Shown piece after piece: positions 10,776-19,369 of a DNA stretch of 64,000 nucleotides (position 1 is the first letter of the stretch; every line of letters begins with the position of its first letter). This DNA is from a virus. The notes under the pieces were generated by a model, which saw only the letters and a program-made list of their open reading frames with translations, was not told where the DNA came from and did not search any database. Both the position numbers and the translations under genes were made by a program. The stretch covers positions 25,684-89,683 of the IMG/VR virus record IMGVR_UViG_3300040751_002893; one strand, 5' to 3'.

Positions 10776-11105
10776 TTAGTTTTTAGTTAACAGTTTTACC
10801 GCAGTTGAATCAAGAGGAAGTTTCTCTGATACTACATCTGCTAGTGAGAAGCTATCAACAAAAGCTTTTAGTTCTCCAAATGCTCTTTTATAGTCCGGCT
10901 CCATTATGATCTCGGTCTTACCTTGATGTCCGTGAATTGCTCTCACTTCACCAATGTTATCATATACTGTAACACTCGGATGCTCAGAAAGCCATGTAAC
11001 ACAAACCTTTCCATTATCAAAAATGAAACCTTGTGCCACACGGCCTGTTCCGGATATTCCAGATTCGTCTTCTGTTCTGTTTAAATAAAATATTTTCACA
11101 ACCAC
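10776..11105 (-). CDS. Hypothetical phage protein
   Basis: Tightly packed ORF; motif EDESGISGTGRVAQG. Confidence 0.6.
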   Translation of the reverse strand: MVVKIFYLNRTEDESGISGTGRVAQGFIFDNGKVCVTWLSEHPSVTVYDNIGEVRAIHGHQGKTEIIMEPDYKRAFGELKAFVDSFSLADVVSEKLPLDSTAVKLLTKN

Positions 11106-11473
11106 ATTTCCTCACTTGATTCTTCATCATCTTCTTCTGCTGGTTCTGTTGATATATCTTCTTGAGATATTTCGTCCATCATAGCAGATAGATGCTTGAC
11201 ATACCTAAATAGTGTGACAAGTGTATCGAAGAAACCTCGCTCTGCCAATGCCTTAACTTTGAGAGTCTTATTTTCTATTCTTATCTCGGCGACATCTTCA
11301 ATGATATCAGGGCCAACATATATGACATCGCCATCCATAGAACAATAATAGTGGTTCTTAACCAAGTAATCATAGAGCCCTTGAAATATAGTTTTTTCAT
11401 TATAGTTTTCAACGAAACTTAAGTCAAAACCATTTTTTACTGCTCTCCTGATTATGTCTTTTAAATCTCTCAT
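11096..11473 (-). CDS. Hypothetical protein with acidic tail
   Basis: Overlaps both neighbours. Confidence 0.6.
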   Translation of the reverse strand: MRDLKDIIRRAVKNGFDLSFVENYNEKTIFQGLYDYLVKNHYYCSMDGDVIYVGPDIIEDVAEIRIENKTLKVKALAERGFFDTLVTLFRYVKHLSAMMDEISQEDISTEPAEEDDEESSEEMWL

Positions 11474-12267
11474 AATTCACCAAGTTTTGGTATCAAAAGC
11501 TGTTCTAATATCTCTTTGGTATGTTGAGTCCCGTCAACCCAGAAAGAGCATTCTGGCTGTAATGCATCGAATATTTCCTTATCGTTTCCGTTATCTCCGC
11601 ACCTATCTCCGAGGAACCATATCTTGGAATCTGGGAAATGTTTGAGAGCATATGTTTTATCCCAACCTGTGGGGTAAATATCAAACGATGTTTCACCGCC
11701 GAGTTTAATGGTAACATCAATTCTTGCATTTTGAAATTCTTCTTTTACTTGTTCTAAAAGTGTTCTTCGAAATGAAGAGACACCAAATGACTTATCAAAC
11801 TCATGAAATCTTTCACGGTCATGAGACGTTGCATTTCTACCAATAGGGCACCAATTTATCATTGAGCCACGGTAAGAAATAAAATGGCCGGTCAGTGGTA
11901 TATCATAGTGAGATACAATATGATCTTGATAGTTGATAAGTTTTTTAAAGATTGTTCTGAGATCGTGTTCTCCAATCTCTTGTTTCATATCTTTCTTATG
12001 TATTAATTTATGTTCTTTTTCCCTATAAAGGGGGGGAGCATAATGCATAGTTCCATTGCACGGGAGGAGGTGTAGGCTTTGTTTAATTTCATCTTTTGTT
12101 GTCAGGAACCCACATTGCTGCATGATATATTCGTAATCACTACCGCTCACGATGCCAATCTCTGCATATCTGCAAAGCTTGGAAAGCGTGTTTACAAGAC
12201 CGTAATCTAAATGTTCTCTTGGAGGAGTTAGTGTTCCGTCCATATCAAATAAAACTATTTTACGCAT
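11470..12267 (-). CDS. Phosphomannomutase, HAD-IIB (PMM2/Sec53-type)
   Basis: LFDMDGTLT, RGSMINWCPIGR, GGETSFDIYPTGWDK and FLGD..GNDKEI. Confidence 0.85.
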   Translation of the reverse strand: MRKIVLFDMDGTLTPPREHLDYGLVNTLSKLCRYAEIGIVSGSDYEYIMQQCGFLTTKDEIKQSLHLLPCNGTMHYAPPLYREKEHKLIHKKDMKQEIGEHDLRTIFKKLINYQDHIVSHYDIPLTGHFISYRGSMINWCPIGRNATSHDRERFHEFDKSFGVSSFRRTLLEQVKEEFQNARIDVTIKLGGETSFDIYPTGWDKTYALKHFPDSKIWFLGDRCGDNGNDKEIFDALQPECSFWVDGTQHTKEILEQLLIPKLGEL

Positions 12268-12300
12268 TATGCTCCCTTGGGTTTGTTGTTGTGTATATAT

Positions 12301-12329
12301 AATATAACATACCCACGAGCATATGTCAA
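12301..12329 (-). promoter_or_regulatory. sigma70-type promoter
   Basis: TTGACA-N17-TATATT with extended TG. Confidence 0.65.
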
Positions 12330-12347
12330 GAAAAAAATATTATTTTT

Positions 12348-12929
12348 TTAGCTTGATGTTAAAACAATCTTACAAATGTGCTCTACACGCTCTATATGCT
12401 CAAAAGCATCCCATGGGTTTTTTGCAATTGCAGTTACGCCATGACACTCTTGACCTACAATATCGTATGCAATCTTTCCATCTTTTCCTAAAAACTTCTG
12501 ATAGGTTTGGTCTGCAAGTTCCTGAGATATTGCTTCAAGTCTCGGAACATTTGGTCCTGTTCTGGTGTAACGAAATACCTCTGGGAAGTCTTTAACAATA
12601 TCATTAAGTTGCCATCCTTTATACATAGCAGCAACACAATACGTGGGATGTAGATGAAGAACGGATGTAGTGCTGTTGGTATCCTTTAGTAGGTTCCAAT
12701 GCATCCATAGTTCTCCGGATGGTCGGAGAGAGGGATTGAAGTGAAGTTCATCATCTTTGATTTTTATTTTCACAACACTCTCTGGGTGAATGATGGTCTT
12801 CCTAACACCGGAAGGGGTGATATAGAGATATGGTCTGTTTCTCATACGAACAGAGCAATTCCCATCACGGGTTGTTATCCAGCCTCTTTTATAGGCTTCT
12901 CTCATTACATCACCAATAGCAGTTAGCAT
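12348..12929 (-). CDS. Class II aldolase/adducin family protein
   Basis: DGNCSVR, ITPSG, PSGELWMH, VLHLHP and HGV. Confidence 0.85.
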   Translation of the reverse strand: MLTAIGDVMREAYKRGWITTRDGNCSVRMRNRPYLYITPSGVRKTIIHPESVVKIKIKDDELHFNPSLRPSGELWMHWNLLKDTNSTTSVLHLHPTYCVAAMYKGWQLNDIVKDFPEVFRYTRTGPNVPRLEAISQELADQTYQKFLGKDGKIAYDIVGQECHGVTAIAKNPWDAFEHIERVEHICKIVLTSS

Positions 12930-13192
12930 TTTTTTATCTCCACGATTAAATTTGTGTCTCCCTTAATGACACGATGGTAAGTATAGCTTGGAATAAAATA
13001 TATCTTTCCTTCAACCATGATTTCAGGCAGCTTATTATCAAGTTGTAATTCCCAGCCTTTACCGGAAACTACTTTGACATAACGGTCTTCTCTATCCATA
13101 TGCCAAATGAGTTCATCGGAGACAACGTCTCTTTTGAACTCTCGCAAAAAAATTTTTTTTCCTATTTGTTTCTCAGTAAAAGGGAAGTCCAC
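12923..13192 (-). CDS. Small cupin-like protein
   Basis: WHMDREDR...YHRVIKG. Confidence 0.6.
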   Translation of the reverse strand: MDFPFTEKQIGKKIFLREFKRDVVSDELIWHMDREDRYVKVVSGKGWELQLDNKLPEIMVEGKIYFIPSYTYHRVIKGDTNLIVEIKKC

Positions 13193-14562
13193 TACCAGAA
13201 CCTTCCGGGAACATTTGTCCCGAAATCTTTGTGTGCTCTACAAGCCCAGTAACCAGCCTTTGTTCTATCTTTCTTGTCTTTACAGTTGTGACGAGAAGCA
13301 AATGATTTACGAGCCTCAGCATTGTTCCAGTTGCCTTTGAGACCACCTTTTGAGTCTCCATAGGAAATCTTTTTGATTTTACCAGTTTTAGGATTGCGAA
13401 CATAAACTTTATATTTCTTTCCTCCGCCTGTGTTCTTAGTGGGTTTTCCAATTGGAGGGTCTTTCTTCTTTTTCTTTTTGCGTTTCTTTTCATCAATCAA
13501 TTCATCTTCTTCTTGTTCCATAATCATTGGAAAGTCAAGAGGAACCATTTGTTCTCCAAACATCCCAAACTCTCCGAGATCAGATTCAATAATTTCTTTT
13601 TCTTCTTCGGAGTGAAGCTTGTATTTACCTTCTCGGAACAGTTGTCTAACTTCCCTAAAAACACCGAAGAATTCGGAACTTCCCGGTCTAAAAACGTTTC
13701 TCTCAACTCCAACCCCATGTCGTAGGTGATATTGAAGAGACTTGGAAATATTTTTGTTTTCTTCCAAATTTGCTTTGTCAAGTTTTGAGTAATATTCGGG
13801 ATCTTCAACCAAGTGATCAAGAGTAATCTCTTGAGCGATCAACTCTTCTTGAGCATGTTCCATTTCTTCTTCAACACCCATATCAAACTGTTGTTGAATT
13901 TGTTCTGCGGATACTCCATGTTCTTCTGCGATTGCTTGAATCATCTCTTCAACAGAAACTTGTCCATACTTTGATGACTCGCCACCTGGAATAAACTCTT
14001 CATCCAGAGATTCGTTTTTCTTTGACTTATTACCCCAGTTTGCTGCACCTACTTTGCGACACTTACTAAGAGCACCAGAAGCATATGCTGATGGCCATAC
14101 TTTGTATCGTCTTTTAACTTTGTAATAACACTTATCTTTCTTGCCACTCGTCTTCTTGGCTTTCTTTTTGTGTGCTCTACGCTTTCCTTTCTTCTCATCA
14201 AGAACATTTTGGAGTTCTTCTAAAATGATTGTTCTGATTTCTTCTGTTGTTAATTCCATTGATTCGTTCCTCTTTTTCTTTGATCCTTTTTTACCCCATG
14301 ATTTACCACGACCACGCTCTTTACAGGCACCAGGGGTTGGTCGACATGCAGGATACTTTTTACGCTTCTCACCTTCAGAGCGTCCACAGGATTTGTAACC
14401 ACCTTTTCCATCTGGAGCATTACAGTCAACCCATCCACCTTTTTTCCCTTTGGCTCCTTTGCGTTTAAACCAATCACGGAGAGAAGACTCTTTGGAAGAT
14501 TCAGTACCAGCTTTTTTACGTTTTTTCTTTTCATCAAGTTCAGACATTTCAAAATACCTCAA
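13192..14562 (-). CDS. Lys-rich multi-module phage protein
   Basis: Basic Cys/Trp modules (SLRDWF..GGWVDC; WPSAYASGAL; ARKSFASRHNC..AGYWAC) separated by acidic spacers; internal MELTTEEIRTIILEEL. Confidence 0.65.
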   Translation of the reverse strand: MRYFEMSELDEKKKRKKAGTESSKESSLRDWFKRKGAKGKKGGWVDCNAPDGKGGYKSCGRSEGEKRKKYPACRPTPGACKERGRGKSWGKKGSKKKRNESMELTTEEIRTIILEELQNVLDEKKGKRRAHKKKAKKTSGKKDKCYYKVKRRYKVWPSAYASGALSKCRKVGAANWGNKSKKNESLDEEFIPGGESSKYGQVSVEEMIQAIAEEHGVSAEQIQQQFDMGVEEEMEHAQEELIAQEITLDHLVEDPEYYSKLDKANLEENKNISKSLQYHLRHGVGVERNVFRPGSSEFFGVFREVRQLFREGKYKLHSEEEKEIIESDLGEFGMFGEQMVPLDFPMIMEQEEDELIDEKKRKKKKKKDPPIGKPTKNTGGGKKYKVYVRNPKTGKIKKISYGDSKGGLKGNWNNAEARKSFASRHNCKDKKDRTKAGYWACRAHKDFGTNVPGRFW

Positions 14563-14563
14563 C

Positions 14564-14941
14564 TTAATTAGTGTCTTCTGAGACTTCGTAGTTACATTCT
14601 TTGGGATCTATTTGGAATCTTTCAATTTCCTCTTTTAGCTGCCTCTCTGTAATACCCAAGACACCAGATGCATCTTTTGGGGTTCTTGTTGCTGAGAGAG
14701 CAAACTTAACAACAGCTTCTCTCACAATGAATTTTATTGACCTGATAATTGGAAATCCATATAACTTATGATTTACATGAGAAGCTGCAAGTTCTAATTT
14801 AAGAGCTATGATCTCTTCTAGTGTTAGAGAATTCAAGATTGTCTCAAAATTAGAATTAATCTTTTTTTCATAATTCAGTTTTTTTCTGATAGAGTAATTT
14901 TCAAACTTACCTTTATATTCTCTTAGTTTCTTTTTCCACAT
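14564..14941 (-). CDS. Fis-type HTH DNA-binding protein
   Basis: REAVVKFALSATRTPKDASGVLGITERQL resembles the Fis/HTH_8 pattern (AL...AA..LGI....L). Confidence 0.55.
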   Translation of the reverse strand: MWKKKLREYKGKFENYSIRKKLNYEKKINSNFETILNSLTLEEIIALKLELAASHVNHKLYGFPIIRSIKFIVREAVVKFALSATRTPKDASGVLGITERQLKEEIERFQIDPKECNYEVSEDTN

Positions 14942-15022
14942 ATTATTATCTTATATATAATATATTAATAATATAAATATTAATCTTATAATAATAGTAT
15001 ATAAAAAAGTTATAAATAATAT

Positions 15023-15051
15023 TTGACAATAAGAGTAATATATGTTATAAT
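15023..15051 (+). promoter_or_regulatory. Consensus sigma70 promoter, antisense to the genes
   Basis: TTGACA-N17-TATAAT with extended TG. Confidence 0.6.
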
Positions 15052-15067
15052 ATATATGTTGTTGTTT

Positions 15068-15916
15068 TTATGCTTCAGGAGATTCTGGTTCATCTACAGT
15101 ATTCTGAAGTTCAGATTCGAATTTATCGAAGTAAAGTTTTGTATTTGTCAGGAGGTAATCAATGAAAACTTCTTTATCCTTAAGGTTAGCTAGCATATCG
15201 AAAGCATCCAAGATATATTGGGAGATCTTTCTAAATGTAGTGTATGCCATGTTCCTACCGGTTTCATCCATACCTTCAAGTCCAGCACCGAAGTCTGATT
15301 TTTCATCTGGTTCTTCGTCTGGTTCAACGTTTAGTTTCTTTTCATCATCAGATTTATCTTGTGGATCTTCATCTGCATCTACAATATCAATTTCTGCTTC
15401 TTCAAGTGCTTCAAGTTCAGCATCCAAGTCACCTTGGGCTTCTGTTTCTTCAAAATCAACTTCTGCTTCATCTGCTACTTCTTCTTCACCTTCAAGGTTA
15501 GTAGGCTCAGAGAGTAATGTACCACCAGAACCATACTTAGCATTGTTCATAGAAGGCTTAACAGAGTCTTCCATTGCTTTCAAAATGTGGGCACGAAATG
15601 AATCTCTTTGGGCTTTATCAGTTGTAAGGCGTTTGTAGTCAGTACGAAGAGTGGGAATAGCTTTCTTAAGAACATCTTCAAGTGTATTGATAGCAGTAGA
15701 TCGATGAGGATGAACATCAGAGATATCACCTTCTCTAAGAAGAGAACGAATAATCTTACGAAGTTCATATTCTTTTTGTTCTTGTTCTCGGATAACTTTA
15801 GATATCTTCTTTCGGATATATTCTCGTAATACTTTTTCTTCTTCGTTCATTTCTTCTTCCTTTGCTAAATCTAAGAATTCTTGGAGACTGTTGATCTCAA
15901 CAATATTATCTTCCAC
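15068..15916 (-). CDS. Acidic hypothetical protein (scaffold/head-associated candidate)
   Basis: E/D-rich; LREYIRKKI and LRKIIRSLLRE helices. Confidence 0.6.
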   Translation of the reverse strand: MEDNIVEINSLQEFLDLAKEEEMNEEEKVLREYIRKKISKVIREQEQKEYELRKIIRSLLREGDISDVHPHRSTAINTLEDVLKKAIPTLRTDYKRLTTDKAQRDSFRAHILKAMEDSVKPSMNNAKYGSGGTLLSEPTNLEGEEEVADEAEVDFEETEAQGDLDAELEALEEAEIDIVDADEDPQDKSDDEKKLNVEPDEEPDEKSDFGAGLEGMDETGRNMAYTTFRKISQYILDAFDMLANLKDKEVFIDYLLTNTKLYFDKFESELQNTVDEPESPEA

Positions 15917-15918
15917 GT

Positions 15919-16737
15919 TTACTTCCTTTTCAATTCAGAAAGAATGAGTTTGCGAATAACACCACGAAGTTTTGATTCGGTCATGCCTTCTTTTTTTGCT
16001 TTTTTACCTTTACGCAAAGCAGCAAAGTCTTTCGCATCAGGCTTACCAGTATGTGGCTCTTCAACATCTAAAGGATGTTCTTTTGCCTCTTTGACATCAT
16101 CACATTTACAAGGAGCACTCTCACACTTTGGGCACTCTTCGCCTTCGTTAAGCTCTTCCTCATACATATCTTTTTTGCTTCCACAAGAAGCCTCATTCAA
16201 TTGGCTAAGATCCATCTTGAATCCAAACTTATGAGAAACGTTTTCCATAAGTTCATTGTTTTTCCATTTTTTAGTAGACATAGTTTTAATTCTCCATTCG
16301 TTATAAATAGTAGGTTTTGACTCTTTTAAGCCATCTTCCCAATCACGAAAACACATATTTCCTTTTAGATACGCTTCTTTCTCTGATTGTCTTAGATCTT
16401 TATTTTTTTGAGCATATCCTTCACCATGATACCCACTATCATTTAGCATACCGTTTTCGTTTTGCGTATGATGCACCAACTCATGAGCAAGTGAACGGAG
16501 AATATCTTTTGTGTGACGGTTATCTGTATAGATTGTAACAGCCATTCCTTGTGGGTCATAATATGCTGTCTTACCAAGAGGCTTCGAAGCATTCTCTCCA
16601 TCTGAGACCAAATGCAAAGTTGGAGGTCTCTTGAAACCAAAACGCTCTTGAGCAAATCCACCAAGGTCATGGAAGAGTTCTTCTGTTTGAGACAAGTCCA
16701 TACCGCATTTATTTTTAATTTTAAAAAAGTTTTTCAT
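15919..16737 (-). CDS. HEXXH metallopeptidase-like protein
   Basis: LRSLAHELVHHTQ...EKEAY. Confidence 0.6.
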   Translation of the reverse strand: MKNFFKIKNKCGMDLSQTEELFHDLGGFAQERFGFKRPPTLHLVSDGENASKPLGKTAYYDPQGMAVTIYTDNRHTKDILRSLAHELVHHTQNENGMLNDSGYHGEGYAQKNKDLRQSEKEAYLKGNMCFRDWEDGLKESKPTIYNEWRIKTMSTKKWKNNELMENVSHKFGFKMDLSQLNEASCGSKKDMYEEELNEGEECPKCESAPCKCDDVKEAKEHPLDVEEPHTGKPDAKDFAALRKGKKAKKEGMTESKLRGVIRKLILSELKRK

Positions 16738-16740
16738 ATC

Positions 16741-16998
16741 TTAAATAGTTCCTTTAGTTAGAAGGTGTAATGAAAGCTCCCTTGTTCTTGAAGAACCAAA
16801 AGGTAAAACCTCAGCTACCCATACAGATCTTTCGTTATATAAATTTTTTTTTATTTTGATATCGATGACCGCACCATAGTGCAAAACAGATGAGTAACCT
16901 AAATTTTCAATATAGTCCCATTCATTCCATTGAACGATATCGCCAACTTGAAATTCATCTTTATAACACTCCATAAATGGCTTGTCACTCGTCTTCAT
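16741..16998 (-). CDS. Small SH3/KOW-like protein
   Basis: FQVGDIVQW..GAVI..W pattern. Confidence 0.5.
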   Translation of the reverse strand: MKTSDKPFMECYKDEFQVGDIVQWNEWDYIENLGYSSVLHYGAVIDIKIKKNLYNERSVWVAEVLPFGSSRTRELSLHLLTKGTI

Positions 16999-17326
16999 TT
17001 CTTACAGTCTTTTTGCATTCATCGTTATACCAAATGTGTTCAACACAATTTCCATCCGGATCAAATGTATATACACCAATGGTTCCATCTCGGTGTTCTA
17101 CCCTCTCTCCAACTTGGGGTAAATCTTCCTTATTATCCACAAGAATTCCGATATGAGCATAGGGGTAACGATGTTTGCTTATGAGAGCTACCGTTGAGTT
17201 GTTGAAACGCATTCTACGATAAAAACTATCGGAAAATTCACAAATTGCATCAAGCTTTTCTTCATACCAAGCTTGTGCTGCGTCTAAATCATCTACTAAT
17301 AATGCTACGTGGTCAATTGTTTTCAT
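16985..17326 (-). CDS. VOC/glyoxalase family protein
   Basis: IDHVALLVDDL..WY; HIGI; YTFDPDGNCVE. Confidence 0.85.
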   Translation of the reverse strand: MKTIDHVALLVDDLDAAQAWYEEKLDAICEFSDSFYRRMRFNNSTVALISKHRYPYAHIGILVDNKEDLPQVGERVEHRDGTIGVYTFDPDGNCVEHIWYNDECKKTVRNEDE

Positions 17327-17353
17327 AGAACTATCCTAGTCCTGCCAATCAGG

Positions 17354-17767
17354 TCAGGTCTCCATTAAATAAGCGTCTTCGTCATCGATTTCATATGCTT
17401 CTTCACCGTTCATAACCATCATTGGTTCAGCATCCGGCAACATGCTTTGGATTTCTTCTTCAGAGTCTTCTGAATCTTCACAATCGTCTGGATCTTCCAT
17501 GTCAAGGCCCATTTCATACTCAAGATAATGCTTTACCTTTCCGAGATACTCAGAAGCAATTGTGATCTTACTTTGAACCCACGCTTCAAGCTGTGTTTCG
17601 TCTTCTAGGGCATCATGAAGCATCATAGCATACTTAGCCATCTTATAAAGTTGAGATTTGGCCATTCCACCTTCTTCATCGACATGATCCATATGCTTTT
17701 TATCATCAAGCATCATCATTTCTTCATTTATTATTTGTTTAAGTTTATTTTCGTTTAATTTCATCAA
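17354..17767 (-). CDS. MKLT-motif acidic protein
   Basis: MKLNENKLKQIINEEM; EGGMAKSQL..LEAWVQSKIT. Confidence 0.7.
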   Translation of the reverse strand: MMKLNENKLKQIINEEMMMLDDKKHMDHVDEEGGMAKSQLYKMAKYAMMLHDALEDETQLEAWVQSKITIASEYLGKVKHYLEYEMGLDMEDPDDCEDSEDSEEEIQSMLPDAEPMMVMNGEEAYEIDDEDAYLMET

Positions 17768-17899
17768 TCATTCCTATTATGGTCATGAGAGCCAAGAAAC
17801 AAAGGAATAACAAGGTTGCAATCATAAGTTCAGGGCCAATAAGCACGAATAATACCAAAAATATCATCAATGCTATAGATAAATAGATAAAAGAGTACA

Positions 17900-18214
17900 T
17901 TAGTTAAACCCCATATCTATAATTTCTTCTTTTGGAATAAGAAATACGTTGCCACTATTGAAATTGTATGGAGAATATACATAATATTGCCCTTTTTCTG
18001 TCTGTTGCCATGGAAGTAGATACATTTCTGCTCTTGGATGCAGCAATTCGAACTTTTTATTCATAAAAGACCAATAATATGTCTCTTTTTTACCCTTCAA
18101 ACGCACAGGTTGCAATAAATTACCATTTTTTGACTTCAAGAAAGCCTGCATCTTAAGGGCTAATTGCTCTGCATCGGGGTCCAAAGGACGCTCAAAATCA
18201 TCAAAATTCATCAT
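17900..18214 (-). CDS. Hypothetical protein
   Basis: Coupled to the upstream gene (ATGA overlap). Confidence 0.6.
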   Translation of the reverse strand: MMNFDDFERPLDPDAEQLALKMQAFLKSKNGNLLQPVRLKGKKETYYWSFMNKKFELLHPRAEMYLLPWQQTEKGQYYVYSPYNFNSGNVFLIPKEEIIDMGFN

Positions 18215-19248
18215 TTTTTCCTTATTTTTAGTGTTTTTTTGGGCTCTTTTCCTTCTCCAATTGCTCCAAAACCGGGAGGAGCGGACTTAGAACGGGTCAT
18301 TTTTGGTCTTTTATGACCTTTTCCACCGCCAAAATGCTTATTTTTGCCCAATCCAATGAGTTTTTTCTTCATATTACTGTGTTTTTTCTTCATTTTTAGC
18401 TGATAAACCTCAGTTTCAGCCAGTATTTCGTCTTGAACACTCAATTCATCGTATGCTTTACGTAGATTTGTGGTAGATTTGGCTAGTTTTCCTTCAATTT
18501 CATCCAATGTAAGCCACTTATAGTCAATATTTTCGACGTGATCTTGCAAATCAAGCCTAACATGGGGTGAAATATCGTCAATTCTGCTCAAAAACATGTG
18601 AATTTTGTGTGTGAGACCCTTATGATTGAAGTCATATACCATAAATTCCTTCAAAAAAGGCACCATTATGCCTGTTTCTTCGAAAACTTCACGTTCTGTA
18701 CCGTCATCTAGGCCCTGTTGACCCCTTGCAATCTCTATATTCTTGAGATGACCACCTGGTAAGTCCCATAAATGACCTTCATCTGACCTCTGGAGTATCA
18801 AAATACGCCCAGATTTATCATATATCACTGCTTTTCCGACTGTTTCACTGTCTTTGTAGTCGTCTAGAGGTTGAATTATCTCATATTTGGCTTCCAAAGC
18901 ATCAAAATGTTCCTCAATTGAGTCATCATAATGCTTTTCAACGCCTAAATTGTGTAAAATATCGACTTTTTTACCTCCAGCAGTGAAAATAACCCTGTCT
19001 GGCCAGAAATATTCCTTCAATCCGAGCTTTTCAAGGTGTTTTTCAACCGTTTGATCAGGAAAATACTGCTCATAGTCCTCTGTTCTTGCTGTGACGATGT
19101 AGATATCGTCTCCATTCTTGATATGTTTCTTAATTTTTTTGATAATCTTGTCATTATACGACTGAAACACAGGAACAGGCTTCTCTTGTATGTAGGTCAT
19201 GAAGCCCATTGCAATAGTATTATCAAAATCAAAGCTAATTTTTTTCAT
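18211..19248 (-). CDS. HAD-like phosphatase / NUDIX hydrolase fusion
   Basis: N-terminal SFDFDNT..VTAR..HYDD; C-terminal WDLPGGH..EREVFEETGI. Confidence 0.75.
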   Translation of the reverse strand: MKKISFDFDNTIAMGFMTYIQEKPVPVFQSYNDKIIKKIKKHIKNGDDIYIVTARTEDYEQYFPDQTVEKHLEKLGLKEYFWPDRVIFTAGGKKVDILHNLGVEKHYDDSIEEHFDALEAKYEIIQPLDDYKDSETVGKAVIYDKSGRILILQRSDEGHLWDLPGGHLKNIEIARGQQGLDDGTEREVFEETGIMVPFLKEFMVYDFNHKGLTHKIHMFLSRIDDISPHVRLDLQDHVENIDYKWLTLDEIEGKLAKSTTNLRKAYDELSVQDEILAETEVYQLKMKKKHSNMKKKLIGLGKNKHFGGGKGHKRPKMTRSKSAPPGFGAIGEGKEPKKTLKIRKK

Positions 19249-19255
19249 TTTTTAC

Positions 19256-19357
19256 TTGACATCCTTTAGTTTATATGTTATATTATATATATGAGTTATA
19301 TTATATAGTTTTTTTGTTGTGTATTAGTAATATAACATGTTTTAGGGGGTTTGTCAA
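19256..19357. promoter_or_regulatory. Face-to-face sigma70 promoters
   Basis: Plus strand TTGACA(19256)-N17-TATATT; minus strand TTGACA(19357)-N17-TATATT. Confidence 0.55.
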
Positions 19358-19369
19358 TGTTTTTTTCGT

